A stretch of 64,000 nucleotides of DNA from an uncultured Nitrososphaerota archaeon (GTDB lineage: Archaea; Thermoproteota; Nitrososphaeria; Nitrososphaerales; Gagatemarchaeaceae): positions 1-64,000 of the forward strand of contig OY969807.1 of NCBI GenBank assembly GCA_963703285.1, written 5' to 3'. The position numbers and the translations under genes are program-made. Shown in pieces: positions 10,911 to 21,015 of this stretch. The notes under the pieces are model-generated. The model saw only the letters and a list, made by a program, of their open reading frames with translations, was not told where the DNA came from and did not search any database. Within the stretch, counting starts at the first letter, position 1, and each line of letters opens with the position of its first letter.

Positions 10911-12317
10911 ATGACCTCTGCTTCAGAGATAGTAACTGACGATTACCAATCGAAGTACGGATTCGCCGATTCGACCCAGTACCTCGAGCACAGCCACAAG
11001 GGGATAAACGAAGACGTCGTGAAGGAGATCTCGCGCATCAGAGACGAGCCCATCTGGATGGAGGAGTTCAGGCTCAGGGCGCTCAAGAACTTCCTAGCAA
11101 GACCGGTTCCCACTTGGGGGGTAGACCTCTCACCAGTGCACTTCCAGGACTTCTACTACTACGCGCAGCCCGCGAAGGAGACGGCGAAGAAGTGGGAGGA
11201 CGTCCCCCCGGAGATCCGCAACACCTTCGAGAAGCTGGGCATCCCCGAGGCCGAGAGGAAGTTCCTGGCGGGCGTGGGGGCGATATACGAGAGCCAGGAG
11301 GTCTACAACAGCCTGCAGAAGGACCTCGCCTCGCAGGGCGTGATATTCACGAGCGTCGGGAACGCGGTCAAGGAATATCCCGATCTCATCAAGAAGTACA
11401 TGGGATCGATCGTACCGGCCAGCGACAACAAGTTCGCGGCCCTAAACAGCGCGGTCTGGAGCGACGGCCCGTTCATCTACATCCCCGAGGGCGTGAAGAT
11501 CCAGATGCCCCTGCAGTCCTACTTCCGAATAAACGCTCAGGGGATGGGACAGTTCGAGAGGACGCTCATCGTGGCCGAGCCGAACAGCGAGGTTCAGTAC
11601 ATCGAGGGGTGCACCGCCGCGATGTACCAGAAGTCGATGCTCCACGCAGCCGTAGTCGAGCTCCTAGCCAAGAAGGGCGCGAAGATCAAGTACATCACAA
11701 TCCAGAACTGGTCCAAGAACGTCTACAACCTCGTGACCAAACGCGCCCACGCATACGAGGACGCGAGCGTGACCTGGCTCAACGGAGAGATGGGCTCGGG
11801 GAGGAACATGAAGTACCCTTCCATCTACCTCCTCGGTCGGAACGCCAAGGCAGAGATACTCTCCATGGCCTACGCCGGGGCGAACCAGGTCCAGGACACG
11901 GGCGGGAAGGTGATCCACCTCGCCTCGGACACGTCGTCGAAGATAATCTCCAAGTCGGTCTCCAAGGACGGAGGGGTCGCGATCTACAGAGGCCTCCTGC
12001 ACATCGCCAGGGGCGCGCACAACGTGAAATCGACCGTCCGCTGCGACGCCCTCCTTCTTGACGTCCAGTCGAAGACCTCGACCTTTCCCTACATGGAGGT
12101 GATGGCGGACGACGCAACGGTCACGCACGAGGCGAGCGTCGGCAAGGTCGGAGAGGACCAGCTCTTCTACCTGATGGCCAGGGGCATCAACGAGAGGGAC
12201 GCGCTCAGCATGATTGTCAACGGCTTCGTCGAGCCCTTCACCAAGGAGCTTCCGATGATCTACGCCATCGAGCTGAACAGGCTCATGGCCCTCGAGATGA
12301 CGGGCGCGGTAGGTTAA
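10911..12317 (+). CDS. sufB: Fe-S cluster assembly protein SufB
   Basis: GQFERTL, YIEGCTA, LHAAVVE, HEASVGK. Confidence 0.95.
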   Translation: MTSASEIVTDDYQSKYGFADSTQYLEHSHKGINEDVVKEISRIRDEPIWMEEFRLRALKNFLARPVPTWGVDLSPVHFQDFYYYAQPAKETAKKWEDVPPEIRNTFEKLGIPEAERKFLAGVGAIYESQEVYNSLQKDLASQGVIFTSVGNAVKEYPDLIKKYMGSIVPASDNKFAALNSAVWSDGPFIYIPEGVKIQMPLQSYFRINAQGMGQFERTLIVAEPNSEVQYIEGCTAAMYQKSMLHAAVVELLAKKGAKIKYITIQNWSKNVYNLVTKRAHAYEDASVTWLNGEMGSGRNMKYPSIYLLGRNAKAEILSMAYAGANQVQDTGGKVIHLASDTSSKIISKSVSKDGGVAIYRGLLHIARGAHNVKSTVRCDALLLDVQSKTSTFPYMEVMADDATVTHEASVGKVGEDQLFYLMARGINERDALSMIVNGFVEPFTKELPMIYAIELNRLMALEMTGAVG

Positions 12318-12345
12318 ACACCCCCCGCCCGACAGGGGTCTATCC

Positions 12346-13762
12346 ATGGCCCAGCAAACTATGGGCGCTTTCACCGAGGAGAAGGTCGAGGCCCTCTCCC
12401 GGAGCCTGAACGAGCCCGAGTGGCTCAGGTCGTTCCGTATCGACGCCCTCGGCCAGTTCCTCAAACTCCCGCTCGAGATCTCCCCCCTCTACACGAAGTA
12501 CGCCGGAGTGTCCCAGTTCGACCCTGGCCAGTTCTCCGTCGCTCCGTCGAACGAGGCCCTGGACCTTCGCTCCCACTTCGAGGGTCATCTGACGGGCAAG
12601 GAGACAAACATAGTCCTCCAAGGCAACTCGACGACGATTCACGTCGACCTCGACGAGTCTCTCTCGAAGAGCGGGCTGGAGGTCATGACCCTCCACGAAG
12701 CAATCTCCAGGAAGGAGGGCCTCCTGCGCACCCTCTTCGAGGACAAGCTCGCAAAGTCCAGCGGAGAGAAGTTCGCCGCCTTCAACAACGCCTTCTTCAA
12801 CACGGGCACCTTCATCCACGTCCCGCGGGGCGTCGAGATACCATCGCCCCTGCGGAAGATGGTGATCGTGAGGAACCCGAGCACGAGCATAGTAGACCAG
12901 TCGATGGTCTACGCGGAGGACTCGTCCCGCCTGAACTTCCTCGAAGAGCTCTACACGGGGGCGAGCGAGACGAACTACCTTGTCAGCTCCCTCCTCGAGG
13001 TCAGGGCGGGGGGCTCCTCGCACGTCGACGCGAGCTCGAATCCAGCTCCTCGACGAGAGGGCGACCTACCTCTCGAACAAGCGGGTGGGCGCGGCGAACG
13101 ACTCCCATGTCAACATCACCTCAATCTTCCTCGGGTCGACCATCTCTAGGTCCAGGATGGACATGGTGATGACCGGGCGCGGCTCGACCGTCGAGGGTTT
13201 CGAGGTCTTCTTCTGCAACGGCAGGCAGCGGTTCGACCTGGAATCCAACCTGGTCCACAACGCCCCGGACACGACCGCCGCGCTGCACGCGCGGGGCGTC
13301 CTGAAGGACCAGTCCCAGTCGATATTCAAGGGGATGATCAAGATAAACCAGGTGGCGAAGAACTCCAACTCCTATCTGGCGCACCACGCCATGCTGCTCG
13401 ACAAGGGCGCCCGCTCGGACGGCATACCCGGGTTGGACATCGAGACGAACGAAGTCAAGGCCACCCATTCGGCCTCGGTCGCGCAGGTCGACGAGGACCA
13501 AGTGTTCTACCTGAGGGCGAGGGGGCTCCCGGAGGACGAGGCGAAGAAGATGATCATCCTCGGGTTCTTCGAGCCCGTCGTCTCCAGGATCCCCGTGGAG
13601 ATGGCCCGCGAGGGCGCCAAGTTCATCATCGAGGGCAAGTGGTACGGCGAGAGGCGGCGGCTGATCGACAGGGAGGCGCTCATGGCGATAACGGGGGAGG
13701 CCCCGACCGAGGTCAAGCAGTCCGGGGACATCTTCGAGAGGCACTACAAGTACAGGGCGTGA
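12346..13762 (+). pseudogene. sufD: Fe-S cluster assembly protein SufD, split by a one-base insertion near 13040 (real lesion or sequencing error)
   Basis: N-half in ORF 12346..13149 and C-half (IPGLDI, VKATHSASV, FYLRARG) in ORF 12980..13762; removing one A at 13039/13040 fuses them. Confidence 0.8.
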
Positions 13763-14076
13763 GGGTCACGGGCCACTTCGTCCGCGCGATGACCCTCGCG
13801 GAGCTCCAGCCGGGCACCATGGCCGGGGTAGAGCTCGAGGGGACCAAGGTACTGCTCTCCAACCTCGGGGGCGAGGTCCACGCGGTCTCGGGCGTCTGCA
13901 CCCACGAGTACTACGACCTCTCGCAGGGCTTCATAATCGACGACGCTGTCGTCTGCGCCCTCCACCTCTCCCAGTTCGACCTAAGGACGGGCGAGGTCTA
14001 CAACCCTCCTGCGGAGGAGCCGCTGCGGGTTTTTAATGTTAAAATAGAGGATAATGCGATTTTTGTCGAGGTCTAG
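13759..14076 (+). CDS. Rieske-type ferredoxin
   Basis: CTHE...CALHLSQFDLRTG; GTG start overlaps the sufD stop. Confidence 0.9.
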   Translation: MRVTGHFVRAMTLAELQPGTMAGVELEGTKVLLSNLGGEVHAVSGVCTHEYYDLSQGFIIDDAVVCALHLSQFDLRTGEVYNPPAEEPLRVFNVKIEDNAIFVEV

Positions 14077-14094
14077 GGCGTTGGGTGTTCGCTT

Positions 14095-16785
14095 TTGTTG
14101 AGGTCGGAGTCGCTCGAGGTCGAGCAGATAAGGAAGGACTTCCCCATCCTGAAGAGGAAGATCCACGGCAAGAGACTCGCGTACCTTGACAACGCGGCCA
14201 CGACCCAGAAGCCCAGATCCGTGATAAGGTCAATCGTCGATTTCTACGGGAAGCACAACGCCAACCCCCACAGGGGCGTGCACCAGCTGAGCATAGAGGC
14301 GACGGAGGCCTTCGACGACGGGAGGAAGAAGGTCGCCTCTTTCATAAACTCCCCCGCCTTCGAGGAGGTCGTCTTCACCCGCGGGGCCACGGAGGCCATC
14401 AACCTCGTCAGGTACGCCTGGGGCCCAGGCCACGTCAAGAGAGGAGACCTGATCGTGCTCACCATCATGGAGCACCACAGCAACATCGTCCCGTGGCAGC
14501 TCCTCGCGAAGGAGGTGGGGGCGCGCATAGAGTATGTGGGCATCACCCCGGAGGGGCACCTGAGGCGCGACGAGTTCGAGAGGCTGCTGGAACAGGCTCC
14601 CGCGCTGGTGGCCTTCACCCACTGCTCGAACGTCCTCGGAACGATCAACGACGCGGCCGCGCTCTGCGCCTCCGCCCGGAGGGCCGGCGCGACGACCGTG
14701 GTGGACGCCGCCCAGTCGGTCCCGCACATGCCCGTTGACGTCCAGAAGATGGGCTGCGACTTCCTCGCCTTCTCTGTCGTAGGTGACACTCCGGTGTTGA
14801 TTGAATGCGCAGGCGAAGTCAAACTAGTCCCAATCGAAGAAGCGGTCGAACTGTACGACCGTGGCAGCGAGGTTCGCATTCTGACCCTCGGGTCGGATGC
14901 CAAAGCAAGCTTCGAACGGGTGAAGGGCACCTTGACCCATCTCGACAGAGTCTACGAAATCGACTATGAAGGCAGCGCTTTCCCTGTCCTTGCCACCGCG
15001 CACCACTCTGTCTACGTGTGGCGCGACGGCAACATGACAGAAGACAAGGTTTCCAACTTGCGGGAGGGTGACTACCTTGTAACTCTAAACAAGCAAGACA
15101 AGGCCGGCTTCGAAGGCGTGAGAAAATTCTCGCTGGAGTACAAACATGACCACAACCTTATCAGAGAGGAGGTAGAAATCACCAAGGAACTGATGCGGCT
15201 CGTTGGATACTATCTCGCAGAGGGCTCAATCGACCCGACAAACAACAGAGTGTCTTTGACGTTTGCAGAAAGCGAGGCTGAATATGTCAAGGATGCATGC
15301 GCTCTCATCGGTGGACTGAATCCAATCCAGTACTATGCTCAGGCATTTGCAAGAGTCAAGACGATGCAGGGTTCGTCATTGATGCAGATTGCTACGACGA
15401 CTGGGATTAGTCGCAAGACTGCGAAGAAATATTCGACACGAGAAGAACCAGCGGGCCTTGCAAGAACAGAAAGCCCGAGCACCCATGTTTGGTACAACCC
15501 CCGCAATCACACTGCAAACATCGCATTTAATAGCAAGAAATGGTTTGAATTCTTCAAGTCGTTCTGTGGATCAAGGGACAACAAGCATCTTCCGAGTTTC
15601 ACGTGGAAAGTCGATACTGAGTTTCTCGCCGAACTTCTGAAAGGGTACTTGCGAGGCGATGCATCCAAGAATGAAAATTACAGACTTGTAGTGAAGTCAG
15701 TTTCGAGGAGGATGATTAGCGAGCTTTCTTGGGTTCTAAAGCTGCACGGGATTTCGAACACTCTTGGGTTTGCCAAGTCGCACGTTGAACGATGGAATGA
15801 CATGTACACACTAGTGATTCAAAGGAGCGAACTCGCAGACATCAAGGAATTCCATAAGTCTACATCAAAGAAGGATTCTCCCAGAGACAAGTCGTTATGC
15901 GTTGATGGACTGAGAGATGCTTACAGGCGTACAAAGCCAAAGTATGATTCAAAGATTTCTTCGGCTCTGCGGAGCAGCGGTAAGCGAGCGTCGCGGGAAG
16001 CAGTGCTAAACATAGTAAGATGGATCGAGTCGACACACAAAGAACCAATAGATTCTGGCACACGGGAAATCTTGAACCGGTACAAACTATTTGCGAAAGG
16101 CGACTTCGGCCTCGTAAAGATACGTGCCATGAGATCTGCGGAAGAGCGACTCGTGTATGACGTTTCCGTCGAGACGAGTGAACGCTTCTTCGGGGGACTC
16201 TATCCAGTACTATTGCATAACTCGGGTCACAAGATGCTGGGCCCGACGGGCATAGGTGTACTCTACGGGAGACGGGCTCTCCTCGAGGATATGGAGCCCT
16301 TCGAGAGCGGGGGAGACATGATCAAGGAGGTGCACACCTCTGGCGCGAGATGGAATGACCTCCCTTACAAGTTCGAGGCGGGCACCCAGAACGTCGAGGG
16401 CGTCGTGGGGCTCGCAGCCGCCATCGATTACCTGAATCATCTCGGCATGGAGAGGGTCAGGAGCCACGAGCGGGAGCTGACCGCCTATGCCCTGGAACAG
16501 ATGGCGGGCGCCCCGGGGATAACGGTCTACGGCCCCAAGGACTCCGCCCAGAGGGGCGGGGTCGTCTCCTTCAACCTCGGCGACATCCACCCCCACGACC
16601 TGGCATCCATACTGGACGAGGAGGGCGTCGCCATAAGGTCCGGACAGCACTGCGCCCAGCCGCTCCTGGAGTCCCTCGGCATCATGGCAGCGACCAGGGC
16701 GAGCTTCTACGTCTACAACTCCCAAGACGACGTCGACGCGCTCATGCTGGCGCTCTCGAAGGCCAGGAGGATATTCTGTCTATGA
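14095..16785 (+). CDS. sufS: Cysteine desulfurase SufS precursor containing an intein
   Basis: YLDNAATTQKP, MEHHSN, DAAQS, SGHKMLGPTG, RSGQHCA; removing the 483-aa insert leaves 413 aa. Confidence 0.95.
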   Translation: MLRSESLEVEQIRKDFPILKRKIHGKRLAYLDNAATTQKPRSVIRSIVDFYGKHNANPHRGVHQLSIEATEAFDDGRKKVASFINSPAFEEVVFTRGATEAINLVRYAWGPGHVKRGDLIVLTIMEHHSNIVPWQLLAKEVGARIEYVGITPEGHLRRDEFERLLEQAPALVAFTHCSNVLGTINDAAALCASARRAGATTVVDAAQSVPHMPVDVQKMGCDFLAFSVVGDTPVLIECAGEVKLVPIEEAVELYDRGSEVRILTLGSDAKASFERVKGTLTHLDRVYEIDYEGSAFPVLATAHHSVYVWRDGNMTEDKVSNLREGDYLVTLNKQDKAGFEGVRKFSLEYKHDHNLIREEVEITKELMRLVGYYLAEGSIDPTNNRVSLTFAESEAEYVKDACALIGGLNPIQYYAQAFARVKTMQGSSLMQIATTTGISRKTAKKYSTREEPAGLARTESPSTHVWYNPRNHTANIAFNSKKWFEFFKSFCGSRDNKHLPSFTWKVDTEFLAELLKGYLRGDASKNENYRLVVKSVSRRMISELSWVLKLHGISNTLGFAKSHVERWNDMYTLVIQRSELADIKEFHKSTSKKDSPRDKSLCVDGLRDAYRRTKPKYDSKISSALRSSGKRASREAVLNIVRWIESTHKEPIDSGTREILNRYKLFAKGDFGLVKIRAMRSAEERLVYDVSVETSERFFGGLYPVLLHNSGHKMLGPTGIGVLYGRRALLEDMEPFESGGDMIKEVHTSGARWNDLPYKFEAGTQNVEGVVGLAAAIDYLNHLGMERVRSHERELTAYALEQMAGAPGITVYGPKDSAQRGGVVSFNLGDIHPHDLASILDEEGVAIRSGQHCAQPLLESLGIMAATRASFYVYNSQDDVDALMLALSKARRIFCL
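14773..16221 (+). mobile_element. Intein with LAGLIDADG homing endonuclease, in sufS
   Basis: Block A SVVGDT, block B TAHH, LVGYYLAEGS and LLKGYLRGDAS motifs, block F VYDVSV, block G LLHN followed by Ser; lower GC than flanks. Confidence 0.93.
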
Positions 16786-17192
16786 GCAGCAGCGACATCT
16801 ATCGGGAGCTGATACTGGACTATTACCGGAACCCCCGAAACTTCGGGAAGCTGGACCCGCACGACATCGACGCCAGGGATTCGAACCCCCTCTGTGGCGA
16901 CGAAGTCGAGATCCAGATTCGTGTGTCGCCCGACAAGAAGATCGAGGACATCAAGTTCCTCGGAAAGGGCTGCGCCATAAGCCAGGCCTCGGCTTCGATG
17001 CTGACCGAGCTCGCGAAGGGGAGGCCTCTTGAATGGGCGAAGGAGCTCTCCAAGGAGGACATCCTGAAGATGCTCGGGACGTCGGACCTTGGCCCTGCGA
17101 GGATAAAGTGCGCGCTTCTCTCGATGAAGGTGCTGAAGACCGGGGTGTACAGTTACCTCGGTGCAACCTTCGACGACCACTCCGATCACTGA
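16782..17192 (+). CDS. sufU: SufU/IscU-type scaffold protein
   Basis: NPLCGD, GCAISQAS, RIKCA. Confidence 0.9.
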   Translation: MSSSDIYRELILDYYRNPRNFGKLDPHDIDARDSNPLCGDEVEIQIRVSPDKKIEDIKFLGKGCAISQASASMLTELAKGRPLEWAKELSKEDILKMLGTSDLGPARIKCALLSMKVLKTGVYSYLGATFDDHSDH

Positions 17193-17351
17193 ACCGGACG
17201 GTCTAGGGAGGAGGGTTGGCCGCGCCTCCAGCGGCTTCTGAGTGGGCCGCCCGGACGCCTCCCCCGCGCTTCAAGCGACTGTGGTCCCGCTTCAAACCTC
17301 GCAAAGTATTTATGCCCTTCAGAATTCGAGCGTGGTTTACGGAAGCCGTTA

Positions 17352-17813
17352 GTGCCTCAATTCGCGTACAGTTTCAAGGCATTTGACCCAGCGATTCATG
17401 TCAGGGCTAGCGGGAGGGAGGTCAACATCTCCCCCAAAGCAGCCCGCGAAATCTGCAACACGCTCAGGATGATGACGCTGACCAAGGCCATAGCCCTCCT
17501 TGAGAACGTCGAGGAGATGAAGAGCCCCATCGCTTTCAGGCGCCACAAGCTAAAGGTCGGCCACAGGAGCGAGCTCGTGGGCTTTCCATCGGGTTCGTAT
17601 CCCGTCAAGCCCGCCAAGGCGATACTTTCGATACTACGGAACCTGCAGGCGAACTGCGAGTTCAAGGGGCTCGACCCAGACCGGGTCCACCTGATACACT
17701 CCTCCGCCCTCGCCGGACGCGTGCTCAAGGACTACACCCCTCGGGCGCACGGGTCCAGCTCCCCTAACTTCCACACCCTGGTACACGTCGAATTCGTCGG
17801 GAGAGAGCTCTGA
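17352..17813 (+). CDS. rpl22: 50S ribosomal protein uL22
   Basis: ISPKAAREIC, GSYPVK, PRAHG. Confidence 0.95.
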   Translation: MPQFAYSFKAFDPAIHVRASGREVNISPKAAREICNTLRMMTLTKAIALLENVEEMKSPIAFRRHKLKVGHRSELVGFPSGSYPVKPAKAILSILRNLQANCEFKGLDPDRVHLIHSSALAGRVLKDYTPRAHGSSSPNFHTLVHVEFVGREL

Positions 17814-18814
17814 TGTCCGCGTCGGAGAAGAGCGCCGTCAAGAGCATCCTAGCCATGCACCGGACCTACGCCGAGATAGACGAGTACCTTGAGAAGGAGC
17901 TCAGGGAGGCCGGCTATGCGGGCGTCGACATCCAGAAGAATCCTATCGGCTCGAGAATCACGGTCTTCGTGACGCGCCCGGGCCTCGCCATCGGAAGACG
18001 GGGCACGGGCATCAAAGACCTCACCGAGAGGGTCGCGGCGAAGTTCGCTCTCCCGAACCCTCAGATAGCCGTCTCCGAGGTCGAGGCGCCCGAGCTCAAC
18101 CCACGCATCATGGCCGCGAGGACTGCACAGATCGTCGAACGGGGGACGGCCTTCAGGAGGGCTGCGACCTGGACGATGAACTCCATCATGGCCGCGGGAG
18201 CGTCCGGGGTGGAGATAGGGGTCGCAGGAAAGCTGAGGAGCGACCGGTCGCACAGCGAGAAGTACAGGATGGGCGTCGTGCCGAAGAGCGGGGAGGCCTC
18301 AAAGGAGGTCGTCAGGGAGGCCACCACAGACGTCCTGTTGAAACTCGGGCTCTACGGGATTCAGGTCAAGATTGCGCTGAAGGACCTCATGCCACCCATG
18401 GTGGAGTACATCGAACAACCGGCCGCGCCGGCTGAGGCCGCTCCGCAGGAGCCGACCCCCGCAGCGCAGCCAACCGCCGAGCCCGCCGCGGAGAAGGCCA
18501 CTGCGCCCCAGCCCGAGGTCAAGGAGACCACCCAAGCCGAGGTCAAGCCGGCTACGCAGACCAAGCCACGGCGGAGACAACCCAAGGCTGAACCGAAGGA
18601 GGAGCCGAAGGTAGAACCCGCAGTAGAGGCCACCAAGGAACCGACGGAGACGAAGACGGAAGAGAAGACTGAAGCGAAGGTAGAGGCGGCGGTCGAGACG
18701 ACCGAGGAAGTGAAGGAGATTCCCCAGGTCGAGGCCAAGGTCGACGATACGCCGGAGTCTCCAGCCGTGGAGGCGGTGGAACAAGTTGCCGAGAGTGAAA
18801 GCAAAGAATCTTAG
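17813..18814 (+). CDS. rps3: 30S ribosomal protein uS3 with long acidic low-complexity tail
   Basis: RPGLAIGRRG KH motif, PELNP, GKLRSDR. Confidence 0.95.
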   Translation: MSASEKSAVKSILAMHRTYAEIDEYLEKELREAGYAGVDIQKNPIGSRITVFVTRPGLAIGRRGTGIKDLTERVAAKFALPNPQIAVSEVEAPELNPRIMAARTAQIVERGTAFRRAATWTMNSIMAAGASGVEIGVAGKLRSDRSHSEKYRMGVVPKSGEASKEVVREATTDVLLKLGLYGIQVKIALKDLMPPMVEYIEQPAAPAEAAPQEPTPAAQPTAEPAAEKATAPQPEVKETTQAEVKPATQTKPRRRQPKAEPKEEPKVEPAVEATKEPTETKTEEKTEAKVEAAVETTEEVKEIPQVEAKVDDTPESPAVEAVEQVAESESKES

Positions 18815-18992
18815 AGAGCAGGACTCGGACCAGCTCCGAGACCGCTTGTTCGAACTCAGGGGGGAGCTGGTGAAGCTCAGCGGCCTCTCCGAGAGGGGGA
18901 TGATCCAGAAGCAGTCCGGGAAGATTCCTCGAATCAGGAAGGACATCGCCAGGGTCCTCACCGTAATGAAGGAGAAGGGGATCTCAGAGTGA
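18786..18992 (+). CDS. rpl29: 50S ribosomal protein uL29
   Basis: LFELRGEL...IRKDIARVLT; operon position. Confidence 0.9.
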   Translation: MPRVKAKNLREQDSDQLRDRLFELRGELVKLSGLSERGMIQKQSGKIPRIRKDIARVLTVMKEKGISE

Positions 18993-19231
18993 TGCGAACG
19001 CTCGGGAGGTCCGTGACGATAATCGCGTGCTCCGACCCTAAGATGGTCGGGTTCCGGGGGACGCTGGCTCTCGAGAGCATGCGGATGATCACGATAGTCT
19101 CCGCGGAGAGAAGGGTCTCCGTCGCGAAGACGGGGACCGTCCTTCGCCTCGACGGGACGGACGGGCTGGTCGAGTGTGACGGAATGAATGGGAGAGTCGA
19201 AGACAGGCTCTCGCGGGGGTCGCGGGTATGA
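18989..19231 (+). CDS. Ribonuclease P protein subunit p29 (Rpp29)
   Basis: Position between uL29 and uS17; SDPKMVG...GRVEDRL. Confidence 0.7.
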   Translation: MMRTLGRSVTIIACSDPKMVGFRGTLALESMRMITIVSAERRVSVAKTGTVLRLDGTDGLVECDGMNGRVEDRLSRGSRV

Positions 19232-19554
19232 GCTCGGCCGGGCTCATGGTGCCGCCGCCGAAGAAGACGTGCGGCGATTCCCGCTGCCCCTTCCACGGGC
19301 ACGTCAAGGTCCGCGGCAAGCTCCTCACAGGAAAGGTGGTCTCCATCTCGGACAAGCAGACGGTGGTCATCCAGAGGGAGTTCCTCCACAGGATCCCCAA
19401 GTACAACAGGTACGAGAGAAGGCGGGGCAAGGTCCACGCGCACCTCTCGCCCTGCATCGAGGTCAAGGAAGGTGACGTGGCGACGATAGCGGAGTGCCGG
19501 CCGCTGGCGAAGACCGTCTCCTTCGTGGTCGTGCAGGCAAGGAGCCCCGAGTAG
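19228..19554 (+). CDS. rps17: 30S ribosomal protein uS17
   Basis: CPFHG, KYNRYERR, ECRPLAKT. Confidence 0.95.
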   Translation: MSSAGLMVPPPKKTCGDSRCPFHGHVKVRGKLLTGKVVSISDKQTVVIQREFLHRIPKYNRYERRRGKVHAHLSPCIEVKEGDVATIAECRPLAKTVSFVVVQARSPE

Positions 19555-19555
19555 G

Positions 19556-19990
19556 ATGTCGACCAAGTCAAGAGCAGTCTCGGCCAAGGGGGTCGAGGAG
19601 TTCAAGACCTACATCACCCGCGCCCTCCCCCTCAACGCTGTTATCACCTGCGCCGACAACACCGGCGCCAAGACCCTCAGGATAATCATGGTCTCCAAGG
19701 CGAAGACGAGGCTCAGCAGGTACCCGGCGGCCTCGGTCGGAGACCACATACTCTGCGTCGTGAAGAGAGGACCTCCGGACCTCAGGAAGCAGACCTTCGG
19801 GGCGGTCATAGTCAGGCAGAAGTACCCGGTCCGCCGAGTGAGCGGCCTTCGAGTCTGCTTCGAGGACAACGCGGCCGTCCTGGTGACTCCAGAGGGCGAG
19901 ATGAAGGGTACCGATATAAAGGGACCAGTGGCGAGCGAGGCAGCTGAGAAGTGGCCGCGTCTTGCCAACATCGCATCGATAGTTGTATAG
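19556..19990 (+). CDS. rpl14: 50S ribosomal protein uL14
   Basis: CADNTGAK, FEDNAAV, IKGPVA. Confidence 0.95.
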   Translation: MSTKSRAVSAKGVEEFKTYITRALPLNAVITCADNTGAKTLRIIMVSKAKTRLSRYPAASVGDHILCVVKRGPPDLRKQTFGAVIVRQKYPVRRVSGLRVCFEDNAAVLVTPEGEMKGTDIKGPVASEAAEKWPRLANIASIVV

Positions 19991-19997
19991 GTGAGCA

Positions 19998-20288
19998 TTG
20001 ACGAAATTTAGTTCTCCTTTATCAGACGAATTGCGTGAGAAGTACAAGAAGAGGAACCTCCGCCCCCGAAAGGGCGACTCGGTGAAGATAGTCCGCGGCG
20101 GGTTCAAGGGCATAGAGGGCAAGGTCTCCCGGGTCGACACGCAGAACGGCAAGCTCTTCGTCGAGGGCGTCAACAGGGAGAAGATTGCGGGAGGCACTGC
20201 CCTTGCTCCCATAGACGCGTCGAAGGTGCTCATCACGAGCATCCTCCTCGAGGACAAGCTGAGGAAGCGAAAGGTGCAGGGGGAGTAG
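19998..20288 (+). CDS. rpl24: 50S ribosomal protein uL24 (short N-terminus)
   Basis: RKGDSVKIVRGGFKG KOW motif, IDASKV. Confidence 0.9.
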   Translation: MTKFSSPLSDELREKYKKRNLRPRKGDSVKIVRGGFKGIEGKVSRVDTQNGKLFVEGVNREKIAGGTALAPIDASKVLITSILLEDKLRKRKVQGE

Positions 20289-20294
20289 ATTCCA

Positions 20295-21014
20295 GTGGCG
20301 AAGAAGAGCGGCAGCAAGACTCTCAAGCGTCTGAGCGCCCCGCGCACCTGGGACATCGAGCGCAAGTCCCAGCGCTTCATCATCAGGCCCTCGCCGGGAC
20401 CCTATTCTCTGAAGGACGGATACCCTCTCGGCGTTGTGCTCCGGGACCTGCTCCACCTCGTCCAGAACAAGAAGGAGATCGACAACGTCCTCTCCCACGC
20501 GCAGATACTCGTGGACGGCGTCCCACGTCGAGACGCCTCGTTCCCCGTAGGCCTCTTCAACGTGATAGCGGTACCGAGAGAGGGGCTCGCGTTCAGGCTC
20601 ATCCCTTCCTCCGACGGCCTGTCCGCCCGATCCATAGGCAAGGACCAGGCCAACCTGAAGCTCTGCAGGATTAGCTCGAAATCCAAGATAGCGGGCGGAC
20701 GGATACAGTACGGCCTCCACGACGGCAGGTCGATGGTCAACGATGTCCTCTCGCTCTCGCCCGGGGACGCGGTCCTGATGAAGGTCCCCGAGCAGAGCGT
20801 CGTCTCGAGCGTGAAGCTGAGCAAGGGCTCGCTCGGCCTGATCCTGTCCGGGGAGCGAGCCGGGCTGGTGGGGAAGATCTCCGATGTCAAGAAGGGAACT
20901 GTCTCGAGGGAGAGGATGGTCACGATATCGCTGCCCGCTGGAGAGACGGAGCTCCCCGCCAGGCTGATCTTCCCCGTGGGGACGGAGAGCCCCGCGATAG
21001 AGGTGCAGGCGTGA
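20295..21014 (+). CDS. rps4e: 30S ribosomal protein eS4
   Basis: LKRLSAP, PSPGP, LHDGRS. Confidence 0.95.
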   Translation: MAKKSGSKTLKRLSAPRTWDIERKSQRFIIRPSPGPYSLKDGYPLGVVLRDLLHLVQNKKEIDNVLSHAQILVDGVPRRDASFPVGLFNVIAVPREGLAFRLIPSSDGLSARSIGKDQANLKLCRISSKSKIAGGRIQYGLHDGRSMVNDVLSLSPGDAVLMKVPEQSVVSSVKLSKGSLGLILSGERAGLVGKISDVKKGTVSRERMVTISLPAGETELPARLIFPVGTESPAIEVQA

Positions 21015-21015
21015 T

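Noticed and set aside
14030-14075. AT-rich patches inside gene ends (also about 22495-22565 and 27940-28020)
   Set aside because: Most simply explained as internal promoters or local variation; no associated element or duplication was seen.
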